Positions 1 to 9,375 are shown, numbered from the stretch's first letter. The stretch: DNA of 64,000 nucleotides from an uncultured Myxococcaceae bacterium (GCA_945952225.1 CAMFHP010000026.1:13968-77967), one strand, 5' to 3'. Notes: generated by a model not told the origin, from the letters alone. Made by a program: numbers and translations.

Positions 1-737
1 TTCTACATCGGGCGATGCCGCGACGTAGGCGCTCGTCTGCGCGCCCTTCTCGGGGGTGATGAAGAAGGTCTTCGCGAACCACCGCACGACGGCGTTCATG
101 TCGCGCGCGAGCGCCGTCGAGACGACGCCCGGATGCAGGTAGTTGACCGAAACACCGGTGCCTTCGAGGCGCTTCGCGAGCTCCACGGCGAAGAGCGCGT
201 TGGCGAGCTTCGAGTCGGGGTACGGCCCGCTCATCATCGACCCGAAGGACTTCTCGTAGGTCATGTCGTCGAAGCGGATGTCGCCGCGCAGGTGCAGCTT
301 CGACGAGACCACCACGACGCGCGCACGCCCCGCCGCGCGCAGCAGCGGGAGCAGCCCCAGCGTGAGCGCGAAGTGGGCGAAGTGGTTGACGCCCATCGTG
401 GTCTCGAAGCCGTCGACGGTGAGCGCGCGCTGCGTGGGCGACACGCCGGCGTTGAGCACGAGCACGTCGAGGGTCTTGTGCGCGGCGGTGAAGGACTCGA
501 CGAAGCTCCGCACCGAGGCGAGGCTCGCGAGGTCGAGGGGCATCACGGTAATGTTCTTGTTGCCCGTGGTGCGCACGAGGTCTTCGCGCACGGCGTCGGC
601 CTTCGCGGCGTTGCGCGCGGGCAGCACGAGCGTGGCCCCGAGGTCGGCGAGGTAGCGCGCCGTCTCGACGCCGATGCCGTCGGAGGCGCCGGTCACGATC
701 ACGGTCTTGCCGTCGAGGCGAGAGAGGGTCTTCGGGT
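1..737 (-). CDS. Short-chain dehydrogenase/reductase (SDR) family oxidoreductase; the 3' end runs off the window
   Basis: The minus-strand translation from ATG at 737 reads MMKHPKTLSRLDGKTVIVTGASDGIGVETARYL. This has the TGxxxGIG Rossmann motif, and a YPDSKLAN (YxxxK) catalytic motif follows. It is absent from the ORF track because there is no stop codon inside the window. Confidence 0.85.
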
Positions 738-791
738 GCTTCATCATGGCCGCGCGTGATGCCACCGTTCGCGCGCGCGGCGCAACGGGCG

Positions 792-1523
792 TCACGACGA
801 CGGCAGCATCGCCTTCACGCGCACCTCGGCGGCCTCGCGGTTCTCGTCGAGAAAGCGGCGATACGCCGCGTAGAGCCGGAACGAGACCTCCACGCTGCGC
901 GGCGTGCGGGCGACGACGAGCGAGCGCCCGATGGGGTCGACGCCCTCGCCGTGCTTCGCGCAGAAGGGAACGTTCGCGCCGTCGGGCTGCGCGTCGAGTG
1001 AAGCCTCGAAGCCCGAGAGCACGCCCACTTCGAAGCGCGCGAGTCGCAGCGCGCGCGTCGCGGGATCGCCGCAGGCCACACACCCATCACCCCAGCGCAG
1101 CGTGGGGAGTTCCTTCGGCGCGAGCGTGAGCTCGTAGCCCGGCGCGTCGAGCGTGCGGTTGAAGGGAACCTCGCGCACCGTTCCGCCGAGGCAGTCGACG
1201 TAGATGCCGCACGCGTGGCACCGCAGGTCGGTGGTGTCGCTGCCCATCACGGGTTCGTCGGGCAGGTGCAACAGGTCGTCGCCGAGGAGCGCGCCGCACG
1301 CGGGGCACGGCGCGGTGTAGGGCGCGCGCGCCGAGGCCAGGGTGAACGCGCCGGGGATCGCCACGAGCGCCGAGAGCGCCCAGAAGTACCCGCCGAGTCC
1401 CGCGCCGAGGGCCGCCGACACGCCCAGAAAGCCCGCGCCCGCCACGATGCGCTTCGCGAGCAGCGCGCGGTTCTTCGTCACGCGGGTGATCTCGGGGCTG
1501 CGTCGTGCGCGGGTGAGGGTCAT
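792..1523 (-). CDS. Hypothetical membrane protein with several CxxC pairs (zinc-ribbon-like)
   Basis: 243-aa ORF with high GC3. It has an N-terminal hydrophobic segment (AGAGFLGVSAALGAGLGGYFWALSALVAIPGAF), followed by CPACG, CHACG and CVACG motifs. Confidence 0.6.
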   Translation of the reverse strand: MTLTRARRSPEITRVTKNRALLAKRIVAGAGFLGVSAALGAGLGGYFWALSALVAIPGAFTLASARAPYTAPCPACGALLGDDLLHLPDEPVMGSDTTDLRCHACGIYVDCLGGTVREVPFNRTLDAPGYELTLAPKELPTLRWGDGCVACGDPATRALRLARFEVGVLSGFEASLDAQPDGANVPFCAKHGEGVDPIGRSLVVARTPRSVEVSFRLYAAYRRFLDENREAAEVRVKAMLPSS

Positions 1524-1571
1524 GCGGGTCGGTGCAGTGGCGCCCGAGAGCCTTCGCGGTGGTTCGAGCGC

Positions 1572-1593
1572 GCGAACTGTATTACTAGTTCGC
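1572..1593. promoter_or_regulatory. Inverted repeat GCGAACT-N8-AGTTCGC with an AT-rich core, in a divergent intergenic region
   Basis: Perfect 7-bp arms flank gtattact. This is a rare AT-rich patch between the divergent genes starting at 1523(-) and 1628(+). It could be an operator or overlap a -10 element. Confidence 0.25.
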
Positions 1594-1627
1594 CCCCGTT
1601 TTTGAACCCGTGAAAGTGGAGTCAGCG

Positions 1628-2269
1628 ATGCCGGTGCTCAGCGTCACGACGGCGACGTTTCAGCGTGAGGTGCTCGAGAGCGAGCTGCCCGTGCTCATCG
1701 ACCTGTGGGCCGAGTGGTGCGGCCCCTGCAAACAGATCTCGCCGCGCGTCGAAGAGGTGGCGCGCGAGTACGAGGGTCGGCTCAAGGTCGTGAAGATCAA
1801 CGTCGACCAGAACCCGCAGCTCGCGGCGGCGTTCCGGGCGCAGTCGATCCCGATGCTGGTGATGGTCGTGGGCGGACGCCCCGCGAAGCAGCTCACGGGC
1901 GCGGTCTCGAAGCAGGAGATCGTGGAGATGGTCGAGGCCTTTCTCCCGCAGCCCGAAGACGAGGTGCAGGCCAAGGAGCTCCCGCAGCTTCTCAAGATGC
2001 GCCGCGTGGTGGTGGTCGACATCCGCGAGGCGGCGGTGTTCAACCGCGCGCACATCCCCACGGCCATCAACGTGCCCCTCGAAGCGGTCGACGAGAAGCT
2101 CCAGGCGCTCGCCTCGCTCCGCAAGCCGCTGGTGATCTACGACCGCGCCGGCGGCGACGACGCCCGCAAGGTGAAGGACACGCTCCAGGAGCGCGGCCTC
2201 CCCGCGGTGCTGCTCAAGGGCGGCATGGTGGGCTGGGAGTCCGAGGGCTTCGACGTCGAGCGCCCCTGA
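1628..2269 (+). CDS. Thioredoxin fused to a rhodanese-homology domain
   Basis: WAEWCGPCKQISP is the thioredoxin WCGPC active site. The C-terminal half (VVVVDIREAAVFNRAHIPTAINVPLE ... LVIYDRAGGDDARKV) is rhodanese-like. GGAG lies 8 nt upstream of ATG 1628. The ORF track starts at GTG 1610. Confidence 0.85.
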   Translation: MPVLSVTTATFQREVLESELPVLIDLWAEWCGPCKQISPRVEEVAREYEGRLKVVKINVDQNPQLAAAFRAQSIPMLVMVVGGRPAKQLTGAVSKQEIVEMVEAFLPQPEDEVQAKELPQLLKMRRVVVVDIREAAVFNRAHIPTAINVPLEAVDEKLQALASLRKPLVIYDRAGGDDARKVKDTLQERGLPAVLLKGGMVGWESEGFDVERP

Positions 2270-2368
2270 GACCGCACCGCCTTCCTCCCCTCCGTTTCGC
2301 AACACCTCCCCTGCCCCGAAGCACCCCCGCCGCGACGCGCGCATTCACCGTGCGCGCAGGGCGTTTCT

Positions 2369-2387
2369 GCGTGACATAGCCCGTCAC
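2369..2387. promoter_or_regulatory. Palindromic motif GCGTGACA-N5-CGTCAC, copy 1
   Basis: gcGTGACatagcccGTCAC lies about 90 bp upstream of the small ORF at 2476. The same 8+6 nt motif recurs at 2746-2764. Confidence 0.25.
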
Positions 2388-2475
2388 ACCCCTGGTGGAA
2401 GCGCCCGCGCGCATCCGGTAGAGCGAGAACTCCCGGCGGCGATTCTGTCGCCCGAGAAGGAGCCCGCACACCGCC

Positions 2476-2751
2476 ATGGCACGCCCCCGAAGCACCGCCT
2501 CTCGCCGCACTCCCCACGACCCCCGCGCGCGCGTCGTCGAGCTCGTCGCCACCACGAAGGGACGCACCACCACCCTCACGCTCCGCGACGTGCGCTCGCG
2601 CCGTGTGCTCCTCGAATGCAGCGCCCGCGACGTGCGCGGCGCCGAGCTCGCGATGCTCACCGTCGAGCGCTACTGCGTCGAGCGACGCCTCGTGCTCGTG
2701 ATGCCCGCGAACGACACCGCGCGCGCCTCCGACGGCTCCCGCGCCGCGTGA
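2476..2751 (+). CDS. Hypothetical small basic protein (91 aa)
   Basis: Strong GC3 bias in this frame. GAAGGAG lies about 14 nt upstream. I recognise no family. Confidence 0.4.
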   Translation: MARPRSTASRRTPHDPRARVVELVATTKGRTTTLTLRDVRSRRVLLECSARDVRGAELAMLTVERYCVERRLVLVMPANDTARASDGSRAA

Positions 2752-2764
2752 CAGACTACGTCAC
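2746..2764. promoter_or_regulatory. Palindromic motif GCGTGACA-N5-CGTCAC, copy 2
   Basis: gcGTGACagactacGTCAC overlaps the TGA stop of the 2476-2751 ORF. It lies about 70 bp upstream of the 2831 gene. Confidence 0.25.
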
Positions 2765-2830
2765 CCACAACGTTGTGCCCGATGCGAGGCCGACGCATCT
2801 TCGCGCTCCCCCAACACGGAGTTCACGACC

Positions 2831-3388
2831 ATGACCAGCGCATCGACCTCGCAGACCACGCAGCACGACGTTCCCCAGGGCGTGACGCTCTTTCTCCCGG
2901 GCCTCGATGGCCTCGCGGCGCGCGGCGACGACATGGTGCGCGCGCTCGAACAGCTCGTGCGCGGCCGCGGCGAGTCGGGCACCGTGCGCACCGCGGCCAT
3001 CGTGCTGTGTCACCTCCGCGCGTCGCGGGCGCCCAACGACGCGGCGATGACCCTGCTCAACGCGCTCATCGAAGGTGTCGGTCCGCGCACCGCGATGATC
3101 GACGCGCTGGCCTCGCTCGGACGCGCCCGCGCGATGCCCCTGCTGCGCCGCGCGCTTCGCATGCGCCGTGACGAGGAGAGCGTGCGCGAGCTCGCGGCGG
3201 CGCTCCTGCGCGTGACCTACGGCGGCGAGGCGGCAGCCAACGACGCCCTCACGCTGGAGCAGTACCTCGCGCTCTCGACCGTCGCGCAGCACCCCACGCT
3301 CTGGACCTTCCGCACCGACTGGCTCGCCGACCACGCGCTGCCCACCACGCAGGAAGCGTTCACCGCCCGCGTCGCCGCCGGCGCCTGA
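2831..3388 (+). CDS. Hypothetical protein, alpha-helical and HEAT-like
   Basis: 185-aa ORF with coding-like composition. It has repeated helical segments (ALASLGRARAMPLLRRAL). I could not assign a family with confidence. Confidence 0.55.
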   Translation: MTSASTSQTTQHDVPQGVTLFLPGLDGLAARGDDMVRALEQLVRGRGESGTVRTAAIVLCHLRASRAPNDAAMTLLNALIEGVGPRTAMIDALASLGRARAMPLLRRALRMRRDEESVRELAAALLRVTYGGEAAANDALTLEQYLALSTVAQHPTLWTFRTDWLADHALPTTQEAFTARVAAGA

Positions 3389-3420
3389 ACGCTCCCCGCC
3401 ACGCTCCCTCCCTGTTCCCC

Positions 3421-4161
3421 CTACAGCGCTTCGAGCGCGAACACGTCCACATCGACCCCCGACGCGTAGTGCGCGAGCGGCGCGCCCTCGGGACGCGCGA
3501 TGCCCGCGGCCACGAGCAGCGACTCGTCCCAGTGCGTGAGCTCCGCGCGCTGCAACGGATACGGCGGGTGGTGCACGCGCCCCTTGCGGAGCGTTCCGCG
3601 ACCCGTGTCGGCGTAGAGCACGTAGCGCTCGGCGAGAAAGTGTTCGAGCGTGCCGGGCTTCGCGGCCTGGGGCGCGCCCACGGGGCGGTAGTTCACCTCG
3701 CAGCGCGCGAGCGGCGGCGTGAGGCGCTCGGTGCGATGGTGCGTGGAGCCGTCGGGCAGGTGTTCGAGCGCCATGTCCGCGTGGTGATACGGCAGGTGCC
3801 AGAAGGTGCGGGCGATCCACACGGCGATCGCGTTCGCGGCGTCGAGGGAGAAGAACCACACGCCGGGATCGCGCCCCTCGTGGTGCACGTAGGTGCGAAC
3901 GTTGGTCTCGTGAAAGTGCGAGAGCCCGGGCACCGACGGCGCCCACACCGGGCGTACGTCGCGCATGGTGAAGGGCACGACGCCCACGAAGCACTCGCCC
4001 TCCCAGGTGTCGAGCGTGAGGGCCTCGGGCACGAGCGGACGCAGCACCGACGCGGGCACGCGCCAGTGGAGGAACAGAAGCTCCAACCAGCGCTGACGCT
4101 GCGCCACGCGCCCCTCGGGACGCATCGTCGGCGTGATGCGGTCGATGCGGTCGACGGTCAC
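3421..4161 (-). CDS. DUF2071 (YqjF-like) family protein
   Basis: This is the C-terminal 246 aa of the 1214-aa track ORF. WLELLFLHWRVPASVLRPLVPEALTLDTWEGECFVGVVPFTMRDVRP is typical of DUF2071. The GTG start at 4161 overlaps the upstream stop (GTGA). Confidence 0.8.
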   Translation of the reverse strand: MTVDRIDRITPTMRPEGRVAQRQRWLELLFLHWRVPASVLRPLVPEALTLDTWEGECFVGVVPFTMRDVRPVWAPSVPGLSHFHETNVRTYVHHEGRDPGVWFFSLDAANAIAVWIARTFWHLPYHHADMALEHLPDGSTHHRTERLTPPLARCEVNYRPVGAPQAAKPGTLEHFLAERYVLYADTGRGTLRKGRVHHPPYPLQRAELTHWDESLLVAAGIARPEGAPLAHYASGVDVDVFALEAL

Positions 4162-4583
4162 GACACGAACCTCGCGCGAAGCTCCGGGGTCGGAATGCGG
4201 CACGCCTCGGTGCGGCCGAACCAGCGGTAGCGGTTGCGCGCGATGAAGCGGTACACCGCGTCGCGAACGAAGCGCGGCACCACGAGCAGCACCGACAGCG
4301 CGGGCCACGCGCCATCGAGGCGACGGGCGATGCGCAGCGCGGCGTCGGAGTGTTCCCAGAGGCGTCCGTCGGCCACGAGCACGATGGAGTCGGGGTCGCC
4401 CACGATGGGTCCGCGGCCGTGGGCGGCGAGGGCCTTCGCGCCCGCTTCGCTCTGGAGCGACGCGAAGCGAAGCCGCGCGCGCCGGTCGCGGTCGATCATG
4501 AAGTGCACGCTGGCGTTGCAGAGGTTGCAGACGCCGTCGAAGAGCACGAGGTCGTGCGCAGCGCCGTCGGAGGGATCCGCCAT
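4158..4583 (-). CDS. DCC-family thiol-disulfide oxidoreductase (DUF393)
   Basis: MADPSDGAAHDLVLFDGVCNLCNASVHFMIDRD carries the DxxCxxC signature of the DCC1/DUF393 family. Its stop overlaps the start of the downstream DUF2071 gene. Confidence 0.8.
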   Translation of the reverse strand: MADPSDGAAHDLVLFDGVCNLCNASVHFMIDRDRRARLRFASLQSEAGAKALAAHGRGPIVGDPDSIVLVADGRLWEHSDAALRIARRLDGAWPALSVLLVVPRFVRDAVYRFIARNRYRWFGRTEACRIPTPELRARFVS

Positions 4584-4653
4584 GGTGCCCGCGACGATGC
4601 GGCAAGGTCGCGCGGGGATCAACGGCGCGTGAAGCTGGTGTACCGTGCGCGCG

Positions 4654-6825
4654 ATGAAGCGATCCCTGCTGGTCGCGGGCGCCCTCGCGCTCGCTGCGTG
4701 TGACGGAGACTCTCCCGCGACGCCCGCCGACGCGTCCGTCGATGGTGCGCGCGACGCTGCGGTCGACGGCGCCCCCGACGCGGGCGGACCGGCGGCGGTG
4801 ATGTTCGACCTCGACGCCGACCTCACGCGCGCCGAGCACTTCTACGACCTCCCGTACCCCAGCGACCTGCGCCTCGGATCGAACGGCGGCCCCGACCTCC
4901 GCGGCTTTCCGTACCCCGCGAACGCGAGCGCGATCCTCTCGGGGCTCGTCGAGATCGCGCAGCAGCGACGGGGATTCCCGGTGCTCCCGGTGGCGTACTT
5001 CCGCTTCACCAACGCGGTGGCCGCGCAGTCGCCCGACACGGTGATCGCCGCGACCGGCGACGTGCCCGTAATGCTCCTCGACGTCGATCCCTCCTCCAGC
5101 GAGCGCGGACGCCGCGTGCCCGTCGTCGCCGCCACGCTCCCCTCGGACACGTACACCCCCGAGCACGTGCTCGCCGTGGCCGCGCGACCGGGCTTCGTGC
5201 TGCGTGCGAACCGACGCTACGCCGTGGTCGTGATGCGCAGCCTCCGCGACGCGCGCGGCGCCCTCCTCGACGCGAACCCCACCCTCGCCGCCCTGGCCGC
5301 GGGAACGGCCCCCGCAGGCGCGCGCGGCGCCGCCGCCCAGACGCTCTACGCGCCGCTCTGGGAGACGCTCCGCATGGCCAACGTGCCCGTCGCCGACGTG
5401 GCCGCGGCCACGGTGTTCACCACGGGCGACGTGGTGGCCGACACCGCCGCCCTCGGCGACCGCGTGCTCCAACGCTACGACGTCACCGTCGAGAACCTCC
5501 GCGTCGCCACGGGCAGCACGCCCACCACGCACCCGCGCTTCTGCCAGCTCACGGGCACCGTGACGATGCCGCAGTTTCAACGGGGAATGCCGCCCTTCGA
5601 CACCGACGGTCTCTTCGACCTCGACGCCGACGGCGTGCCCCGGTTGCAGACGTATGCAACCCAGCCCGACTACGCCCGCGTGCCCGTGACCCTCACGATC
5701 CCGCGCACGGCGATGCCCGCCGCGGGCTATCCCCTCGCGGTGTACTTCCACGGCTCGGGCGGGCTCAGCACGGCCGCCATCGACCGCGGAACGTGGGCCG
5801 TCGAGAGCGCCTCGCACCCCTGCGCGCCCGGCACCACCGACACGTGGATGGGCCGCACGGGATGCTTCACCCTCGGCCGCGGCCCCGCGCACCTCCACGC
5901 GGCGCACGGCATCGCGATGGCGGGCGCGGCGATGCCCGTGAACCCCGAGCGACTCCCCGGCGCGGGCGAGACGGCGTACCTCAACCTCACGAACCTCAAG
6001 GCCTTTCGCGACACGTTCCGCCAGGGCGTGCTCGAACAGCGGCTGTTCATCGAAGCGCTCGAACGCCTGCGCATCCCCGCGTCGGTGATGGCCGCGTGCA
6101 CGGGCGCGTCGCTCCCCGCGGGCGTGACCGAGGCCCGCTACGACCTCTCGCGCCTCGTGGCCCAGGGCCAGTCGATGGGTGGGATGTACACCAACATGAT
6201 CTCCGCCACGGAGCCTCGCATCCGCGCGTCGATCCCCACGGGCGCGGGCGGCTACTGGGGGTACTTCATCCTCCAGACGGGGCTCGTGCCCGGCGCGGCG
6301 ATCCTGCTCCGCACGGTGCTCGGCACGCAGGTGCCGCTGTCGTTCGTGCACCCCGCGCTCGCGCTCCTCGAGACCGCGTGGGAGCCCGCCGAGCCCATGG
6401 CGTACATGCCTCGCCTCGCGCGCGATCCCCTGCCGATGCACCCCGTACGACCCATCTACGAGGCCGTGGGCGAAGGCGATTCGTACTTTCCCACCACGGT
6501 CTACGACGCCGTCGCGCTCGCGTACGGACACCCGCAGGCAGGCGCCTCCGTGTGGGCCACGATGCAGCCCGCGCTCACCCTCGCGGGCCTCCAGGGCCTC
6601 CGCGCGTACCCCCTGCGCAACAACCTCATGGGCGGCGCGGGCACGGCCTACACGGGCGCGGTGATCCAGTACGCGGGCGACGGGGTCTACGACCCGCACG
6701 CGATCTACACGCAGCTCGATGCGATGAAGTACCAGTACGGTTGCTTCGCAGACACCTTCGTCCGCACGGGCACCGCGACGATCTTCGACCCCGCGGGACG
6801 CACGCCCGACTCGCCCTGCGAATAG
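4654..6825 (+). CDS. Secreted lipoprotein, alpha/beta-hydrolase-like (putative esterase/lipase)
   Basis: MKRSLLVAGALALAACDGD is a signal peptide with a lipobox. VYFHGSGG is oxyanion-like and AQGQSMGG is a GxSxG nucleophile elbow. The track ORF starts at GTG 4645. Confidence 0.7.
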   Translation: MKRSLLVAGALALAACDGDSPATPADASVDGARDAAVDGAPDAGGPAAVMFDLDADLTRAEHFYDLPYPSDLRLGSNGGPDLRGFPYPANASAILSGLVEIAQQRRGFPVLPVAYFRFTNAVAAQSPDTVIAATGDVPVMLLDVDPSSSERGRRVPVVAATLPSDTYTPEHVLAVAARPGFVLRANRRYAVVVMRSLRDARGALLDANPTLAALAAGTAPAGARGAAAQTLYAPLWETLRMANVPVADVAAATVFTTGDVVADTAALGDRVLQRYDVTVENLRVATGSTPTTHPRFCQLTGTVTMPQFQRGMPPFDTDGLFDLDADGVPRLQTYATQPDYARVPVTLTIPRTAMPAAGYPLAVYFHGSGGLSTAAIDRGTWAVESASHPCAPGTTDTWMGRTGCFTLGRGPAHLHAAHGIAMAGAAMPVNPERLPGAGETAYLNLTNLKAFRDTFRQGVLEQRLFIEALERLRIPASVMAACTGASLPAGVTEARYDLSRLVAQGQSMGGMYTNMISATEPRIRASIPTGAGGYWGYFILQTGLVPGAAILLRTVLGTQVPLSFVHPALALLETAWEPAEPMAYMPRLARDPLPMHPVRPIYEAVGEGDSYFPTTVYDAVALAYGHPQAGASVWATMQPALTLAGLQGLRAYPLRNNLMGGAGTAYTGAVIQYAGDGVYDPHAIYTQLDAMKYQYGCFADTFVRTGTATIFDPAGRTPDSPCE

Positions 6826-7022
6826 CCCATCGACCGCAATTCTCGGGATGAATCGCGCGCCCGACGAGTGCGCCGCGACGCGGTTCGACGTCGGCATCGG
6901 GGTGCGGTGTTGACCCCTACGCCGAAGCACTATTCGCCACGCTCGCGGGGTGATACAGAATCGCTCAATCGGGAGCGCGGTGACCTGCGAAGGTGCATCG
7001 CAACAGGGAGCATTCGAGGTCC

Positions 7023-7460
7023 ATGGGCCAGCCGCACGACCCTGCACACACGCAGCACGCCGCACCGTCGGCGCGCACGCGCGTGCTCGTGATCGACGAC
7101 GACCCGCTCATGGCGTCGGTGCTCTCGCGCGTGCTTCGCAGCGGCCACGAGGTGGTGGTCGAACACAGCGCGCGCAGGGCCCTCGCGCGCATCGACGCGG
7201 GCGAGTTCTACGACGCCGTCGTGTGCGATGTGATGATGCCCGACCTCACCGGCGCCGACTTCTTCGACCAGCTTACCGAGCGCGCGTCGCCGACGCTCCC
7301 GCGGGTGGTCTTCGTGACCGGCGGCTCGCTCACGCCGCGCACCACGAGCTTTCTCGCGACGGTGCCCAACCCCGTGCTCTACAAGCCCTTCAACGCCGAG
7401 GCGCTGCGCGCCGAGGTCGCGCGCATCGTCGACGCGAACCGCGCCCCGCCTGTGGCGTGA
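7023..7460 (+). CDS. Single-domain response regulator (receiver only)
   Basis: It has RVLVIDDDP, DAVVCDVMMPDLTG (phospho-acceptor Asp), VVFVTGG and LYKPF. There is no output domain. Confidence 0.85.
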   Translation: MGQPHDPAHTQHAAPSARTRVLVIDDDPLMASVLSRVLRSGHEVVVEHSARRALARIDAGEFYDAVVCDVMMPDLTGADFFDQLTERASPTLPRVVFVTGGSLTPRTTSFLATVPNPVLYKPFNAEALRAEVARIVDANRAPPVA

Positions 7461-7900
7461 GCCTCGTCTCCGCCGACCGACTGCGCACCCCGGGCGCCGC
7501 CCCCGGACGCACCTGCGGCGACTGCACGGCCTGCTGCACGCTCCTCGCGATCACCGAGCTGCACAAGCCCATGCGTCGCGCGTGCGACCACGTGGGACGC
7601 GACGGATGCCGCATCCACCCGACGCGCCCTGCGAGCTGTCGGCTCTTTCACTGCGTGTGGCTCCGCGGCGCCCTCGGCGACGACGACCGCACGCGCCCCG
7701 ACCACCTCGGCGTCATGGTCGACCATTTCGTCGAGCGCGCGACGGGCGAGGCCCACACGCTCGCGTTCGAACTCTGGCCCGGCGCGTTCGCGTCGCCCGA
7801 GGCCCGCGCGGTGCTCGACGCGCTCGCGCAACAGGGCCCCGTGGCCCTCGCGTGGCGCGACGGACGCTGGAGCGCGTGGCCCGACGACGAGGCGCCCTGA
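7457..7900 (+). CDS. YkgJ-family cysteine-cluster protein (zinc/iron-chelating domain)
   Basis: It carries CGDCTACCTLL (the CxxCxxCC signature) plus downstream Cys residues (CDHVGRDGCRIH, CRLFHC). The GTG start overlaps the response-regulator stop (GTGA). Confidence 0.75.
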   Translation: MSLVSADRLRTPGAAPGRTCGDCTACCTLLAITELHKPMRRACDHVGRDGCRIHPTRPASCRLFHCVWLRGALGDDDRTRPDHLGVMVDHFVERATGEAHTLAFELWPGAFASPEARAVLDALAQQGPVALAWRDGRWSAWPDDEAP

Positions 7901-7982
7901 GGGCCTCTGCGGGGCGTCGGAACGTTCGGGTGGGGGGTTGGGAGGGAGAACGGCGCGCGGGCGCCCTGACGGCCTCGGGAGG

Positions 7983-9359
7983 TCAGGCCCGGAGCAGCGC
8001 GCGCACGACCTCGCCGTCGCGCATGTAGCGCCGCGGATCGACGCCGAAGGCGCCGAGCATCGTGGCGAGGAGGTCGGGGGGCGCGATGGCGCGCATGCCG
8101 TCGGTGAACATTCCCGAGGGGCGCGGCAGGAGCTGGTCGGGGTCCGAGCTGCCGTAGACGAAGTTCGACCGGAAGGCCGGCGACACCACGAGCGCGGAGC
8201 CGTTGGGATAGTGGTCGCGACCACCCGAGAGGTTGATCTGCGGCGTGCGGCAGAACTCGCTCACCACGAGGATGTGCGTGTGCTCCGAGAGGCGGTCGGT
8301 GGTGATCGTCGGGTGCGGCGTGCTGTCGAGCGTGCGGATGAGCCGCGCGATCACCGCGAAGAGCTCCTGCTGGAGCATCGCCTGGTTGCGGTAGTTCGTG
8401 TTGTGCGTGTCGAAGCTGCCCATCGAGAAGCTCACGCAGCGCACGACGTTGCGCTTCATGGCCTCGACGGCGAAGGCCGCGTTCACGGCGCCGGTCTGAA
8501 AGAAGCGGTAGCGCGCGCCCGCGGCCGTGGGCACCAGCGTGGGGTACATCGCAGCGAGGGCGGTGCCGTCGAAGACCGAGCGGAGGTTGCTCGCGAGCAT
8601 GCGACGCAGCCCCTCGTACTGGAGCCCCATGCCGTTGAACACCTCGGGGAACTGCTGCCGCGCCGCGAGCTCGGTGGCCTCGCGCGAGAGGAGCGCCGTC
8701 ACAGCATCGCGGTCGGCGTCGTAGGTGTTGAGGTTCGAGCGCGAGAGCGAGCGGCCCACGGTGTCGACGCTGCCCGTGCGGAGCGGCATCGCGCGGCGAT
8801 CGAGGTTCGCGCCCACGAACCACGACGGAAAGTTCATCGAGACGACGGGGAAGAGCTTGTCGCGCCCGAACTCGTTGCCGAGGAGCGTGTCGATGCTCGA
8901 CTCCGGCGCGCGGCCGCCCGAGAGGTGGCGCCCCGTGGCCGCGAAGACGGTGCCGTCGGGGTGGCTCACGGTGTTCACCGCGAGGCCGTTCACCACGGTC
9001 ACGCGGTCGTAGAAGTTGCCGAGCTCGCCGATGGCAGGGCCGAAGGTGATGTTCGATCCCGTGGGGCGAACGAGTTCGAAGCTGCGCGTGTCGCCGTCGA
9101 GGGCGACGTCGTTCCAGCGGTCGAGGGCGGTGATGTCGAGCACGTCGGTGTTGGGCGGCTCGATGAGCCCGCGGCGCTCGTTGCGCGGGTCGAGGCCCAG
9201 CATCACGTCCCACGCGCCCGCGGCGTGGATGAAGAGGAAGAACTCGTCGGACCCGTTGGGCGGATCGGCGAAGGCCTGCAGCGGAAACTGCATCGCCGCG
9301 CCGGCCGCGCTCGCGCCCGCGAGCACCTGGAGGAACCTTCTGCGAGAGGTGTCGGTCAT
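7983..9359 (-). CDS. DUF1501 domain protein with a Tat signal
   Basis: MTDTSRRRFLQVLAGASAAGAA is a twin-arginine signal. SMGSFDTHNTNY and GGRDHYPNG resemble conserved DUF1501 (sulfatase-fold) motifs. Confidence 0.85.
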   Translation of the reverse strand: MTDTSRRRFLQVLAGASAAGAAMQFPLQAFADPPNGSDEFFLFIHAAGAWDVMLGLDPRNERRGLIEPPNTDVLDITALDRWNDVALDGDTRSFELVRPTGSNITFGPAIGELGNFYDRVTVVNGLAVNTVSHPDGTVFAATGRHLSGGRAPESSIDTLLGNEFGRDKLFPVVSMNFPSWFVGANLDRRAMPLRTGSVDTVGRSLSRSNLNTYDADRDAVTALLSREATELAARQQFPEVFNGMGLQYEGLRRMLASNLRSVFDGTALAAMYPTLVPTAAGARYRFFQTGAVNAAFAVEAMKRNVVRCVSFSMGSFDTHNTNYRNQAMLQQELFAVIARLIRTLDSTPHPTITTDRLSEHTHILVVSEFCRTPQINLSGGRDHYPNGSALVVSPAFRSNFVYGSSDPDQLLPRPSGMFTDGMRAIAPPDLLATMLGAFGVDPRRYMRDGEVVRALLRA

Positions 9360-9375
9360 CGGTCGCTCCTCGGGG

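Noticed and set aside
2756-4315. 519-aa minus-strand ORF
   Set aside because: It is Arg/Ala-rich and low-complexity, and it overlaps better-supported genes on both strands.
3421-7065. 1214-aa minus-strand ORF
   Set aside because: Only the C-terminal ~246 aa (3421-4161) look like a real protein (DUF2071). The rest is Arg/Ala/Gly/His-rich and runs antisense to the convincing DCC and hydrolase genes. This is a GC-driven shadow ORF.
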